Assembly: GCA_963555755.3 (NCBI GenBank)
Contig: OY820905.2
Span: 3,777,196-3,841,195, forward strand
Length of the DNA: 64,000 bases
Direction of reading: 5' to 3'
Origin: Nitrospirales bacterium
GTDB taxonomy: Bacteria; Nitrospirota; Nitrospiria; Nitrospirales; UBA8639
Part shown: positions 51,327 through 62,096 of the stretch, piece after piece
Layout: each line of letters begins with the position of its first letter
Numbering within the stretch: the stretch's first letter is position 1
Program-made: the position numbers and the translations under genes
The notes under the pieces: model-generated
The model's database searches: none
Seen by the model: the letters and a program-made list of their open reading frames with translations, nothing else
What the model was told of the DNA's origin: nothing

Positions 51327-52075
51327 TTAGGCCGCTGTCTGTCAGAACGAGGGGTCGCTGGTGTTTCCAGACTGTTGGAGTCTTAGCTTTGGGGATTATG
51401 GGATGTGCTCCAGATACCGTGACCGTGAAGACGCATCCAACATTCGTGCCCCTGTCGATTAAGACGGTTGCGGTCATTCCGTTTACCGCCATCAAAGGGT
51501 CGCCTGGTGTATACCAATCGCTCGGTAACCCTCCTCCTCCTGATGTGGGTTCGTCAGAGATTCGACCCTCTTTTGCCGGGTTGGCATCGCCCGTGCCTCA
51601 TCGGTCCTATTCGACACAGGCCTCTGTGCCTTCAATCGCGGCAGAAAAAGTGACGGAGATGGTATATGCCAACTTGAAACTTCGCCCTGGTTTGAAGACG
51701 CTATCTGCGTATGAGGTCACGCACGCCTTGAAACGGACGGGCCTGAAATATTCGAAGTTGCTGGGCCCACGACTCGCGCAGGAGTTGGGCAAAGCCTTAT
51801 CACTGGATGCGGTGATTGTTGGTCAGGTGCGGGTCTATCGTGAGCGGGATGGGCAAAAGTTTGCAGCCATTCCCGCGGCAGTCGGGTTTGATGTGCAACT
51901 GATCAATGCGAAAAACGGAACCGTGATGTGGATGGGAGATTACTTTGAAGAACAAAAACCCCTCACGGAAGATTTGAAGGGATTTTTGGAACGAGGCGGG
52001 AAATGGGTAACCGCTGAAGAATTAGCGCGATCGGGTGCCAAGCGAGTCATGCAACGTTTACCATTAGGAAATTAA
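51317..52075 (+). CDS. Lipoprotein, CsgG/LpoB-like fold
   Basis: Lipobox IMGC; VAVIPF, DAVIVG.V, VGFDVQLI...G.V.W. Confidence 0.7.
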   Translation: MELIRPLSVRTRGRWCFQTVGVLALGIMGCAPDTVTVKTHPTFVPLSIKTVAVIPFTAIKGSPGVYQSLGNPPPPDVGSSEIRPSFAGLASPVPHRSYSTQASVPSIAAEKVTEMVYANLKLRPGLKTLSAYEVTHALKRTGLKYSKLLGPRLAQELGKALSLDAVIVGQVRVYRERDGQKFAAIPAAVGFDVQLINAKNGTVMWMGDYFEEQKPLTEDLKGFLERGGKWVTAEELARSGAKRVMQRLPLGN

Positions 52076-52094
52076 TCAGAGCTGGGCAAAACAT

Positions 52095-52850
52095 ATGATT
52101 GTCATTCCTGCTATTGATTTAAAAGATGGATGCTGTGTTCGACTTCGACAAGGCGATATGAATCAGGAGACCTCCTATTCTCAAGACCCTCCGGCCATGG
52201 CGAAACATTGGGAATCCTTAGGTGCGCAACGGCTCCATGTCGTCGATCTCAATGGCGCCGTTGATGGGAAACCGAAAAATTTCGACAATGTCTTGGCCAT
52301 TACTCGAGCCATTTCCATCCCTGTTCAAGTGGGAGGCGGCATTCGTAATCTTGACACGATTCGGGACTACCTTTCTCGGGGAGTGAGTCAAGTCGTTCTC
52401 GGGACTGCCGTGTTGGAGAACCCGTCGTTACTGGAAGAGGCAAGTCGAGAATTTCCCGGCCGTATTTTGATCGGGGTTGATGTGAAACATGGGAAGGTGG
52501 CTATGCATGGTTGGACCAATGTGTCTGAGTCCACCCCCGAGGAAGTCTTTCAGACTCTCAAATCCTATACCCTGGCCGGCGTCATCTTTACGGAAATCAG
52601 TCGAGACGGGATGCTTGAGGGTCCGAATTTGCCTGCGTTGAAACAGGCCGCACAATCCTCGCCATTTCCCGTGATCGCCTCAGGGGGAGTCACGAGAGTC
52701 GAAGACATTCAAGCCGTGAAACAGTTGGGAAACAAGATCACCGGCGTCATCGTTGGAAAAGCTCTGTACGAGGGAACGTTGAGTTTTCCTGCCGCGCTTG
52801 AAGCCGCGGCTTCCCCTGAATCCGATGGCCCCGTTCGTGAATCATGCTGA
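52095..52850 (+). CDS. hisA: ProFAR isomerase
   Basis: [30 protein letters not shown]. Confidence 0.98.
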   Translation: MIVIPAIDLKDGCCVRLRQGDMNQETSYSQDPPAMAKHWESLGAQRLHVVDLNGAVDGKPKNFDNVLAITRAISIPVQVGGGIRNLDTIRDYLSRGVSQVVLGTAVLENPSLLEEASREFPGRILIGVDVKHGKVAMHGWTNVSESTPEEVFQTLKSYTLAGVIFTEISRDGMLEGPNLPALKQAAQSSPFPVIASGGVTRVEDIQAVKQLGNKITGVIVGKALYEGTLSFPAALEAAASPESDGPVRESC

Positions 52851-53635
52851 CCAAGCGTATTATTCCCTGCTTGGATGTGAAGGATGGCCGGGTTGTCAAA
52901 GGTGTGTCATTTGTCAATCTTCGTGATGCGGGCGATCCAGTAGAAGTGGCCAAACTGTATGATCAAGCCGGGGCCGATGAGCTGTGCTTCTTGGACATTA
53001 CCGCTTCTCATGAAAATCGAGGAATTCTGCTCGATGTTGTTTCGCGAACCGCTGAACAGGTATTCATGCCCCTCACGGTGGGTGGCGGTGTTCGAACCTT
53101 AGATGACATTCGGCACCTGCTGAAGGCTGGTGCTGACAAAGTCAGCATCAATACGGCAGCGGTTCAAAATCCTGAGTTTGTTACCGAGGCCGCTAATCGA
53201 TTCGGGACGCAATGTATTGTCGTGGCGGTTGATGCCAAGCAAGTCTCTACGGCTTCTGAGAATCAAGGTCGGTGGGAAATTTTTACGCATGGCGGACGAA
53301 ACCCCACAGGCCTTGATGCCATCGAATGGGCCAGGCATATGGAGGCCAAGGGTGCAGGAGAGATCCTGCTGACGAGTATGGATCAGGATGGGCAACAGGA
53401 CGGGTATGATCTTCCACTGACCGCAGCTGTATCAGATGCGGTGTCGATTCCGGTCATTGCATCGGGTGGTGCGGGAACCCTGGATCATCTGTATGACGCG
53501 CTAGCAGTTGGAAAAGCCGATGCGGTGTTGGCTGCGTCAATTTTTCACTACCGAACGTATAGTGTGGCGGAGGCCAAAACGTATTTATTCAACCGCGGGC
53601 TTCCCATTCGACAGGTGAATGGTTATGAATCGTAA
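52844..53635 (+). CDS. hisF: IGP synthase cyclase subunit
   Basis: [32 protein letters not shown]. Confidence 0.98.
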   Translation: MLTKRIIPCLDVKDGRVVKGVSFVNLRDAGDPVEVAKLYDQAGADELCFLDITASHENRGILLDVVSRTAEQVFMPLTVGGGVRTLDDIRHLLKAGADKVSINTAAVQNPEFVTEAANRFGTQCIVVAVDAKQVSTASENQGRWEIFTHGGRNPTGLDAIEWARHMEAKGAGEILLTSMDQDGQQDGYDLPLTAAVSDAVSIPVIASGGAGTLDHLYDALAVGKADAVLAASIFHYRTYSVAEAKTYLFNRGLPIRQVNGYES

Positions 53636-54332
53636 TTCCAAATTAGCAAAGCGACACATTGCCGAAACCCTCCAATTTGATGAACATGGGCTCATCCCTG
53701 CGGTGGTTCAGGATTGGAGAAATGGCACGGTCCTCATGCTCGGATTTATGAATCAGGATGCACTTGATCAGACCATGCACACGGGGAATGTGCATTTTTG
53801 GAGTCGCAAACGACAACGATTGTGGGAAAAAGGAGAAGTGTCGGGGAATTATCTCCAAGTGAAACGTCTGTTCGTCGATTGCGATGGGGATACATTGCTT
53901 ATCAAGGCGGAACCAATGGGACCGACCTGTCATACGGGAAGCCGGTCCTGTTTTTTTTCTGAAATATCAGACGAGGGAATCTCAATAGAACCCGAAAGCG
54001 AAAAGGCGAATGGAACCATACTCGATCGTTTGTACGAAATGGTGTTGAACAGAAAACAGGATCCTCAAAAAGATTCCTATGTGGCGTCCCTGTTACAAGG
54101 TGGAGACGATCGGGTCCTGAAAAAAGTGACGGAAGAGGCCGGGGAAGTCTTGCTGGCCGTGAAGAACCACAACAAAGAAGAAATTGTGTGTGAAGTGGCC
54201 GACCTCTTGTTTCATACGATTGTGACGCTTGGGCATTGTGGTATTCCGGTGACGGATATTCAGGAAGAACTGGGCCGACGGTTTGGGGTGTCCGGGCTTA
54301 AGACCAAGCCTGAAACACGAGCGGGTGAGTAA
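53625..54332 (+). CDS. hisIE: Bifunctional PRA-CH / PRA-PH
   Basis: [35 protein letters not shown]. Confidence 0.96.
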   Translation: MNRNSKLAKRHIAETLQFDEHGLIPAVVQDWRNGTVLMLGFMNQDALDQTMHTGNVHFWSRKRQRLWEKGEVSGNYLQVKRLFVDCDGDTLLIKAEPMGPTCHTGSRSCFFSEISDEGISIEPESEKANGTILDRLYEMVLNRKQDPQKDSYVASLLQGGDDRVLKKVTEEAGEVLLAVKNHNKEEIVCEVADLLFHTIVTLGHCGIPVTDIQEELGRRFGVSGLKTKPETRAGE

Positions 54333-54333
54333 A

Positions 54334-54412
54334 CCTTGAAACGGCAGTTGGGCGCAAAACAGCGGTGTACGATATTGGTGTGCATGGTGCAATACAAAAA
54401 GTCGTGGTCACC
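54334..54412. mobile_element. Truncated left half of the CCTAGAAAC MITE
   Basis: CCTTGAAACGGCAGTTGGGCGCAAAA..GATATTGGTGTGCATGG..AAAAAGTCGTGGTCACC. Confidence 0.8.
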
Positions 54413-54603
54413 TGGCTTAGTTTTTGATCAAGTTTCCATTAGACACCTGAGGCCATGATCAAAAAATGTCCTACGGTGTTGTCGTCAGTTGACTTGTTTG
54501 TTCCCCCTTGTTATAGTCCAGTAAATTGTTCTTATTTTACAATAGCTTACAAAGAATTTGCCCTTCAAACACCAGGTTAGCAGAAAGGCCTTAGGGAAGA
54601 GCC

Positions 54604-56436
54604 TTGGCAACCGATCGGGGTGGGATCCCACCTACCACTCTTCAACACATTCGTGACACGGTCGATATCGTGGATGTCGTATCCCGGTACGTCACCTTGT
54701 CCAAAACCGGCCAAAACTATCGTGGCCTCTGCCCTTTTCATAATGAGAAAACGCCGTCCTTTACTGTGACTCCCACACGACAGATGTTTTACTGCTTTGG
54801 TTGTGGCACGGGCGGAGATGTCTTTTCCTTTTTGATGAGTCGGGAACGATTCGGTTTCGTTGAAGCGGTGACGGAGCTTGCTCAGCAAGTTGGCATCGAA
54901 ATTCCTGCATCCTCTTTCCCACGTTCCTCGCAGCCAGATCGTGATCAACGCAAAACGCTTGAACAGCTTCATGCCTTAGCGAGCGATTGGTTTCAACAGT
55001 ACCTGCATGATTCGACGCAGGGTGGGGGAGCGTTGACCTATCTCCTCAATCGTGGCCTGACGTTGGATACTCTTAAAGAGTTTGGTGTGGGCTACGCGTT
55101 ACCGTCTTGGGATTCATTGACCCAACATCTTCTACGCAAAGGGGCAAAGTTGGCGGATCTGGTTCAGTCAGGTTTGGTGGTGCCCAAACAATCGAGCCAG
55201 CCCGAAGATGCGAAGCGGGACGGGTGTTATGATCGATTTCGTGCTCGGGTGATGGTGCCGATAATGGATTTGCGTGGCCACGTCATTGCTTTTGGAGGGC
55301 GGGTCTTGGATGACGGAACGCCGAAGTATTTGAATTCACCGGAAACTCCTCTCTTTAACAAGCGGCGATTTCTTTTTGGATTGGATCGAGCCCGCGATTC
55401 TGCTAGCCAACGCAATGCCTTGCTGGTTGTCGAAGGATACTTTGATGTGCTGGTGTTGCACCAGTTTGGCCTCCACCATGCGGTGGCTCCACTTGGTACA
55501 GCGTTGACCGCCGAGCATGTGTCGCTGATCCGGCGATTCGTCAAAAACGTGGTTTTGATGTTTGATGGCGATGCCGCCGGAGTCAAGGCGACATTGCGGA
55601 CGATGGATGTCTTCCTCAATAGCGGCGTGACGGTCAATGTTGTCCGACTGCCATCGGGGGAAGATCCGGATTCCTATGTGAGGGCGCATGGGGCCGAACA
55701 ACTATTGGAATTGGAACAGCAAGCCTGTCCCTTAGTCGAGTTTGCCGTGGAGCAATGCCTCGCCGGAGTGACGCAAGCCTCAGTGGAAGAACGGATGCGT
55801 CGAGTCGATGAGGTGCTGAGCATTCTGGCTAAGGTTTCTAACCCGATTGAAAAAGAGGAATATCTCAAGCAAGTCGCGGAGCGATTGGGAATTCGGCAAT
55901 CATTACTGATGGAACGTTCTCCTGTACTGGCGGCGCGAGAACGGTCGCATATCTCCCGTCAACAATCTCAATCCATTCCACCGCGGCCCCGGACTCCAAA
56001 AAGAAAGGGAAGCCGTGAGGAACGTGATATTGTTACGCTCTTGGTGCAGGGCCTGCTTGAGCCAGCACAGGTGTCGATGTTACGGGCAGAGGATTTTTGG
56101 GCGCCGGAATATCGCCGGCTCGTGGAAATAAGCCTGGGTCAAGTTGGTGAAGATGGGCAATTGAACGTCGACGCGTTCCTGGCCGAGGCGGGAGTTGATC
56201 CTGACAGTGCTTCTGTCGCAGCAGAGTTAGCCGTGTCAGAACAACATTTTGATGATTGTCATGATTATTTTAAGGGATGTATGGAGGCCTTAGCACGCAG
56301 ACGTCTCAAAACCACTTTGGATGGGCTCATTGCTCGGCTTCGAGTGGCTGAACATGAACAACGAGTTGAAGAAGTTGATGCAATCAATGCGGAGATAGAA
56401 TCCTTGCGCGAGCAGAAGGCTGGGCTCGTCGTCTGA
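54604..56436 (+). CDS. dnaG: DNA primase
   Basis: CPFHNEKTPSF..C.GC zinc finger, KYLNSPET, VEGYFDV, FDGD.AG. Confidence 0.98.
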   Translation: MATDRGGIPPTTLQHIRDTVDIVDVVSRYVTLSKTGQNYRGLCPFHNEKTPSFTVTPTRQMFYCFGCGTGGDVFSFLMSRERFGFVEAVTELAQQVGIEIPASSFPRSSQPDRDQRKTLEQLHALASDWFQQYLHDSTQGGGALTYLLNRGLTLDTLKEFGVGYALPSWDSLTQHLLRKGAKLADLVQSGLVVPKQSSQPEDAKRDGCYDRFRARVMVPIMDLRGHVIAFGGRVLDDGTPKYLNSPETPLFNKRRFLFGLDRARDSASQRNALLVVEGYFDVLVLHQFGLHHAVAPLGTALTAEHVSLIRRFVKNVVLMFDGDAAGVKATLRTMDVFLNSGVTVNVVRLPSGEDPDSYVRAHGAEQLLELEQQACPLVEFAVEQCLAGVTQASVEERMRRVDEVLSILAKVSNPIEKEEYLKQVAERLGIRQSLLMERSPVLAARERSHISRQQSQSIPPRPRTPKRKGSREERDIVTLLVQGLLEPAQVSMLRAEDFWAPEYRRLVEISLGQVGEDGQLNVDAFLAEAGVDPDSASVAAELAVSEQHFDDCHDYFKGCMEALARRRLKTTLDGLIARLRVAEHEQRVEEVDAINAEIESLREQKAGLVV

Positions 56437-56448
56437 CCTCAAGTCTAA

Positions 56449-56661
56449 CAGGATGTTGAAAAAGGCCCGTCCAGCAAGGCCGCAGGTGCTCCCGGCCTTC
56501 GTAGCCACTTCGGCGGAGTAGGCTTGGCACGCGGAGTGTACAAGAGGTACGTGAGCATGACCAAGCACCGACCTGCCTGCGCGAAGCCGATCAGGCGAAG
56601 GCAGGAAATGCCGCTGGCGGACCCTTGGGCAAGACTCAGGGCATGCTTTTGCAACATCCTG
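56449..56661 (+). mobile_element. ERIC-like core in CAGGATGTTG termini, with nested palindromes
   Basis: CAGGATGTTGAAAAA...TTTTGCAACATCCTG. Confidence 0.75.
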
Positions 56662-56684
56662 CTTATCTAAGGAGAGGACGTTCT

Positions 56685-58514
56685 ATGGCGAAAACCGTAC
56701 TGTCGAGAAAATCGAAAGTGGTTCTAGCTTTTGAGAAAAAGAAAAAACGGACTCTGGCGAAGCCTATGAATTCTGCTGTCCAGACTGTTGTCTCAACCGC
56801 TACGCATGTTGCAAATCTCGTCCAGGCCATCGAAAAAACGGAAGGACAAGGGCGGGCTGCTGTGGAATCGGGGAATTCATTATCCCAAGCCTCAACTCCG
56901 CCTGAGCGTGTGTCGTCGGGCTCTGATACTCGTGAGGAGGGCAAAGCCCTGCCGGAGGACAGTGAGCGTGAGATTGATCTCACGCCTGGAGAACTTAGTA
57001 AAACCGATGATCCGGTGCGGCTGTATCTCCGGGAAATGGGCAGTGTGTCATTGCTCAGCCGCGAAGGCGAGATTGAGTTAGCGAAACGGATTGAAGATGG
57101 CAAACATGAATTAGCTTTTGCCATTGCCGGCATGCCCATGACGTTGCTCTATTTGGATGCCCTGCGTCTCGCGATAAAAAAAGGGGACTTACGGGTTCGA
57201 GATTTCGTGCTGGTTCATGTGCCCACCGAAGAGGAGGAGCTCGAGGAAGAAGACGTCGAAGACGAACAAGATGAAGAAGAACTCCTGCAGCGCACCCTGG
57301 CGGAACTCGAGAAAATGCGCCGGGTGGGCAAGAGCCTACTCACCATCTATGACAAGCGGCGCAAGGCCTCGTCAGCGCAGCAGGCCCGGATTGGGAAGCA
57401 ACTCCATGGAGTGCAGCAACAGATTGTCGAGCGGCTTGATGCCATGAATGTGCAACAGGCAGTACGGGATGAGCTGTTGCGGCGGATTAAAGAGAAAGGG
57501 GTCGCGTTACGGGGAGCCGAGCGTGTGGTGGAGGATTGTTGCCGGCGGCTTGGGAAGCCACGGACAGAAGCCGCCAAAGTGATTCGGCAGATGGGGCGGA
57601 AGCGGACGGTCTACACGGCGGTGCGGCGGAGGACGGGCTATAGCGATGAGGCCTTAGAAAAGCTGATGCGGGCGTTTCAGGACGGGCAGGGGACGGTGCG
57701 GCGGATCGAACAGGAAGAGGTGCTGCTGCCGGCGGCCGAATTCAAGAGGGCGTTCCTGACGTTAGAGTGGGCCGAGGAGAAGATGAAGCGGGGAAAGGCG
57801 GAGTTGATTGAAGCGAACCTGCGGTTGGTTGTGAGTATTGCGAAGAAGTATACGAACCGGGGACTGCAGTTTTTAGACTTGATCCAAGAGGGCAATGTTG
57901 GGTTGATGAAGGCGGTGGATAAGTTTGAATATCAGCGGGGATATAAATTTAGTACGTATGCGACGTGGTGGATTCGGCAGGCGATCACGCGAGCGATTGC
58001 GGACCAGGCGCGAACTATCCGCATCCCCGTGCATATGATCGAAACGATCAACAAGCTGGTGCGGACGTCGCGGCATTTGGTACAGCAATTGGGGCGGGAG
58101 CCGACGCCGGAGGAGATTGGGGAGCGGATGGAGGTGCCGCTGGAGAAAGTGCGGAAGATCTTGAAGATTGCGAAGGAGCCCATCTCGTTAGAGACCCCGA
58201 TCGGAGAGGAAGAGGACAGTCATTTAGGGGACTTTATCGAGGATAAGAAAGCGGTGTCGCCAATAGAAGCTGCCGTGCGCTATGATTTACACCGTCAAAT
58301 TTCTACGTCGTTGAGCACGTTAACCCCCCGAGAGGAAAAGGTTCTTCGCAAGCGGTTTGGGATTGGGGAGGCGACGGACCATACGTTGGAGGAAGTGGGA
58401 CAGGATTTTGCTGTGACGCGGGAGCGGATTCGGCAAATTGAAGCCAAGGCGTTGCGGAAACTGCGGCATCCCACGCGGAGCAAGAAGTTACGGAGTTTTG
58501 CCGAAGGATTTTAA
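56685..58514 (+). CDS. rpoD: Primary sigma factor RpoD
   Basis: [56 protein letters not shown]. Confidence 0.98.
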   Translation: MAKTVLSRKSKVVLAFEKKKKRTLAKPMNSAVQTVVSTATHVANLVQAIEKTEGQGRAAVESGNSLSQASTPPERVSSGSDTREEGKALPEDSEREIDLTPGELSKTDDPVRLYLREMGSVSLLSREGEIELAKRIEDGKHELAFAIAGMPMTLLYLDALRLAIKKGDLRVRDFVLVHVPTEEEELEEEDVEDEQDEEELLQRTLAELEKMRRVGKSLLTIYDKRRKASSAQQARIGKQLHGVQQQIVERLDAMNVQQAVRDELLRRIKEKGVALRGAERVVEDCCRRLGKPRTEAAKVIRQMGRKRTVYTAVRRRTGYSDEALEKLMRAFQDGQGTVRRIEQEEVLLPAAEFKRAFLTLEWAEEKMKRGKAELIEANLRLVVSIAKKYTNRGLQFLDLIQEGNVGLMKAVDKFEYQRGYKFSTYATWWIRQAITRAIADQARTIRIPVHMIETINKLVRTSRHLVQQLGREPTPEEIGERMEVPLEKVRKILKIAKEPISLETPIGEEEDSHLGDFIEDKKAVSPIEAAVRYDLHRQISTSLSTLTPREEKVLRKRFGIGEATDHTLEEVGQDFAVTRERIRQIEAKALRKLRHPTRSKKLRSFAEGF

Positions 58515-58580
58515 ATCGTGATTCGATACGCGTGAGGCGTGATCTGAAACGTGTTTTCCCTCTTGCGTTTTCACGCTTCA

Positions 58581-58794
58581 CGGCCTGTTGAGTATATCAC
58601 TCCAACAGCCAATAAAAGCTCCAGATGAGCCACGCATCGTCAGTGGGAGGGAATGTTCAAAAAAGCATGCCCTGAGTCTTTCCGAATGGTCTATCCAGCA
58701 AGGCCGCAGCCATGTTGACGCGCGGAGCGGACTCATAGTACGTGAGCACGGCAAAAGGGCGAGAACGCCGCTGGCGGCTTTTTTCAACATTCCC
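58581..58794 (+). mobile_element. MITE family G-A, TSD CTTCA, nested in a heptamer hairpin
   Basis: CTTCA at 58576-58580 and 58795-58799. Confidence 0.88.
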
Positions 58795-58821
58795 CTTCAC
58801 GGATGACGCTTCACGAATTCC

Positions 58822-58898
58822 GGGCCCATAGCTCAGTTGGTTAGAGCGGCGGACTCATAATCCGCTGGTCCCAGGTTCAAGTCCTGGTGGGCCCACCA
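58822..58898 (+). tRNA. tRNA with CAT anticodon, probably tRNA-Ile2 (lysidine)
   Basis: Cloverleaf, anticodon loop CTCATAA, encoded CCA; position after rpoD fits Ile2. Confidence 0.92.
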
Positions 58899-59085
58899 GC
58901 CTTCGCCAAGGCTTCGGCTGGCATGCCTGAAGAAAAGGCTGTCCGCCAGAGGTGGCTTTAGCATCGAGGGCGAAGGCGGATTGAATTGAACTTTCTCGTA
59001 GACTTTCTGCCATCTTTGATCTTTTATGATGAGATTCGGTAATGTAAGCTTTCGTTGACACAGACTTCTCCTTTCTAACATAGAG

Positions 59086-59847
59086 GTGTTCTTGAACGCA
59101 CAACTGTCCCTCCTGGTTCAGCTTCAACAGTTCGATCTCAACATTCATAAACTGGATGATCAACGACACAAGATTCCTGCCCGTATCGATGAAGCCCGTT
59201 TTGCCTTCGATCAGGCCAATTCGCGCCTGGAAGATATCAAGACGGCACTAGAAAAGGCCACGACTGACCGGCGCAGTGGTGAGCAAGATCTCGATGAACA
59301 AGAAAGCCATGTGCAAAAACTTCGTACGCGGCTCATGGAACTCAAAACGAATAAGGAATATCAGGCGCATTTATTTGAAATCGATTTAGCCAACAAAAAA
59401 AAGGATTCGTTAGAGGAGCGAGTTTTGCTGGCCATGGAACGTGGCGAGGAAAAGCAGAAGGAACTTGAAGAGGTTCAGGGTCTTGTTAATGATGCGATTC
59501 AATCTTTTACGCAAGAGAAAACTCAATTAGAGTCCAAGGCCATTGACCTTGACCGGGAACTCGGGGAAATGAAGGTCCAGAAAGACGACGTGCTAAAGTT
59601 GTTGGACAAATCCGTGTACGCGCGGTACACGAAACTCAGGTCTACCCTGAAAGTTCTCGTGGTCGCGCAAGTGAGTGGTGGTACCTGCCAGGGCTGTCGA
59701 TTACAAGTTCCCCCTCAGTTAGTTGCTGATGTCAAACGCGCGGATCAATTACTGACATGTCCGTACTGTTTTCGAATTTTGTACGCCGAAGATTTGCCTG
59801 GTACGGCGCCTGAGTTTTCCAATGCTCAGGAAGTCGCTGATGTTTAG
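59086..59847 (+). CDS. Coiled-coil protein with a C4 zinc ribbon (CT398/DUF164-like)
   Basis: KTNKEYQA..EI, CQGC..PPQ...CPYC.RIL. Confidence 0.92.
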   Translation: MFLNAQLSLLVQLQQFDLNIHKLDDQRHKIPARIDEARFAFDQANSRLEDIKTALEKATTDRRSGEQDLDEQESHVQKLRTRLMELKTNKEYQAHLFEIDLANKKKDSLEERVLLAMERGEEKQKELEEVQGLVNDAIQSFTQEKTQLESKAIDLDRELGEMKVQKDDVLKLLDKSVYARYTKLRSTLKVLVVAQVSGGTCQGCRLQVPPQLVADVKRADQLLTCPYCFRILYAEDLPGTAPEFSNAQEVADV

Positions 59848-60136
59848 GAGCCTGTCAAAAATTAGATGGATCAACGTCGGGTGTCCTTGATTTGGCCATA
59901 TTTCCGATCCTTTTCGGGGAATGTTGAAAAAGACCGCCAGCTGCGTTCTCGGGCTTTTGGCGTGCTCACGTACTCCGTGTACGCTCCGCGCGCTAAAAGC
60001 CCTGCGGCCTTGCTGGACGGCCTTTTTGAACATTCCCCGTTTTCGTTGAATAGTCCCACTATTCGCCTCAAACGATCGAAACATCTGGCTCAAACCAGCA
60101 CCCTCTCATGACGATCGCTAATCTCGGACAGGCTCC
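59847..60136. mobile_element. MITE family H at a stop codon
   Basis: TA|GGAGCCTGTC...GACAGGCTCC|TA. Confidence 0.88.
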
Positions 60137-60214
60137 TAGCGGTATCCTTCACACCGATAGAAACAGCCAAGATTGCTTGTTTCCTCTAAAACAGCCTATT
60201 ATTATTCATGGAAT

Positions 60215-60677
60215 CATGGAGTGGGTGAGGTGATCGCTCGTTCTCGTTTGGGCCAGGGAATGAGAGGAAAGTCCGGACTCCAGAGGGCAGGGTGCTGGGT
60301 AACGCCCAGGCGGAGCAATCCGACATGAGCGCCACAGAAAACATACCGCCGAAGGCCTGGATCTTTCGAGATCCTTGGCCAGGTAAGGGTGAAATGGTGG
60401 GGTAAGAGCCCACCGCATTCATGGTGACATGAATGGCAGGGCAAGCATCACCCGGAGCAAGACCAAATAGGGGGACGAGCCGAACGGGTTTCTCTTCATT
60501 CCATATCTAGGCCCATCGGGATGAAGAGTGAAATCGTGATGTTCGGGGGAGGTCGGCCCGGCCGAAGTTCTCGGGTAGGTTGCTAGAAGCTCACGGTAAC
60601 GTGGGTTCCAGAGACATGATCACCCCCGTGGTCTTTTGGACTACGGGACAGAATCCGGCTTATCAACCCACTCCATG
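60215..60677 (+). ncRNA. rnpB: RNase P RNA (bacterial type A), unusually long
   Basis: GAGGAAAGTCCGGACTCC, GGAGCAAGACC, ACAGAATCCGGCTTAT; P1 helix CATGGAGTGGGT/ACCCACTCCATG. Confidence 0.95.
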
Positions 60678-60816
60678 TATTTCCTTTTTTGTCATTGCCA
60701 AACGGGAAATAATTCGTCATAGAGAGTGTCTCTAGGCGAATTTCACTTTTCATTTGTTTGACGAGGGTAGACCCCTTTGTTACCATGCCCCTACCTTTTT
60801 TCAGCATTCGAGTATA

Positions 60817-60894
60817 GTCCCCATCGTCTAGCCTGGCCTAGGACGCCGGCCTTTCAAGCCGGCAACACGGGTTCAAATCCCGTTGGGGACGCCA
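60817..60894 (+). tRNA. tRNA-Glu (TTC)
   Basis: Cloverleaf, GCCGGC-CTTTCAA-GCCGGC anticodon arm, CCA end. Confidence 0.95.
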
Positions 60895-60904
60895 CGATAA
60901 CCAA

Positions 60905-60938
60905 GGCCGCTGAACCTCGTTTCAGCGGCTCTTTTTTT
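60905..60938 (+). terminator. Rho-independent terminator after tRNA-Glu
   Basis: GCCGCTGAA/TTCAGCGGC stem followed by a T run. Confidence 0.8.
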
Positions 60939-61130
60939 ATCTGGTATGCGAGGTTGAATCAGGTACCACAGGGGCTCTCATAACAGTGGGGTTTTCTCGG
61001 TTGTGATCACTGAACCCACTTTGTACAATGGGGAAGCAGTATCGAATGAGTGTGCCAGGAATAATTGGCCACGACATACGAACAGAATTACACCCTGTTT
61101 TTACTTTGAGCTGGTATTGGAGGATGGGTC

Positions 61131-62096
61131 ATGCTTTGGGAAACACTTAAAAAAACTGGAGTATGCTTGACGTATATCGTTGGAGTTGTGGGAGTCGTAC
61201 TTGGAGGGCATCCAGCGGAGGCTGAATGGAAATATGATTCATCCGGACCGTCGATCGAATCACACTTTGAAATGACAACAGGAAAAGATGGCGCTCCCAT
61301 GATTAAAATCCCCGAAGGGGAATTTCTGATGGGAGCGAACGATGGCCCCAGAAATGAACGTCCTGAGCATACGGTATATTTGGATGCCTATTATATCGAT
61401 CAGTTTGAAGTGACGATGGAGCGATATCAGGTCTTTTTAGATGAAACCTATCATGATTTTCCTCCTCTCTGGAATGATGGTGCTGCGGTAGAAGAAGCCA
61501 AGGATCGGCCAGCCGTTGGCATGGCGTGGGCCAGTGCCAAAGTCTATTGCGAGTGGGCGGGCAAGCGCTTACCGACCGAAGCCGAGTGGGAAAAGGCAGC
61601 TCGGGGAACCGATGGGCGTCGTTATCCCTGGGGGCACATGCAGCCCTTTGTGGATATCGCTCGATATAATCTTGGTACTACCGGGTGGGTCAGTTATGAT
61701 ACTACGCTTGCTTCGGTGACGAGTGGAACATCAGGGATGAGTATTCGCCACGGCTTGAAACAAGGCACAAAAAGTCCCTTTGGGCTTTATCACATGGCGG
61801 GGAATGCTTCGGAGTGGGTGGCTGACTGGTATGACCGATCCTATTATGAAGAGAGTCCTGTAAAAAACCCCACCGGTCCTGCCGAAGGGGAACGAAAAAT
61901 CTACCGCGGTGGATCCTGGGAAGACCCGCCTAAACGCCTTCGGGTGACCGCTCGTGCCGGTGCGGAATCGGACTTTCCGATTGAAGCCAACGATCTCACT
62001 ATTGGGTTTCGTTGTGTGCAGGACGGGAAAAATGAAAGTAGTACAGTTACACAAGTGTCGCCAGAAACAGATAACGGAGAGTTAAAGAAGGACTAG
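61131..62096 (+). CDS. FGE-sulfatase (SUMF1-like) domain protein
   Basis: RLPTEAEWEKAARG, SPFGLYHMAGNASEW, RGGSW, GFRC. Confidence 0.93.
   Translation: MLWETLKKTGVCLTYIVGVVGVVLGGHPAEAEWKYDSSGPSIESHFEMTTGKDGAPMIKIPEGEFLMGANDGPRNERPEHTVYLDAYYIDQFEVTMERYQVFLDETYHDFPPLWNDGAAVEEAKDRPAVGMAWASAKVYCEWAGKRLPTEAEWEKAARGTDGRRYPWGHMQPFVDIARYNLGTTGWVSYDTTLASVTSGTSGMSIRHGLKQGTKSPFGLYHMAGNASEWVADWYDRSYYEESPVKNPTGPAEGERKIYRGGSWEDPPKRLRVTARAGAESDFPIEANDLTIGFRCVQDGKNESSTVTQVSPETDNGELKKD

Noticed and set aside
58822-60894. Integrative element at tRNA-Ile or tRNA-Glu
   Set aside because: No integrase and no duplicated tRNA 3' end; the intervening genes are core.
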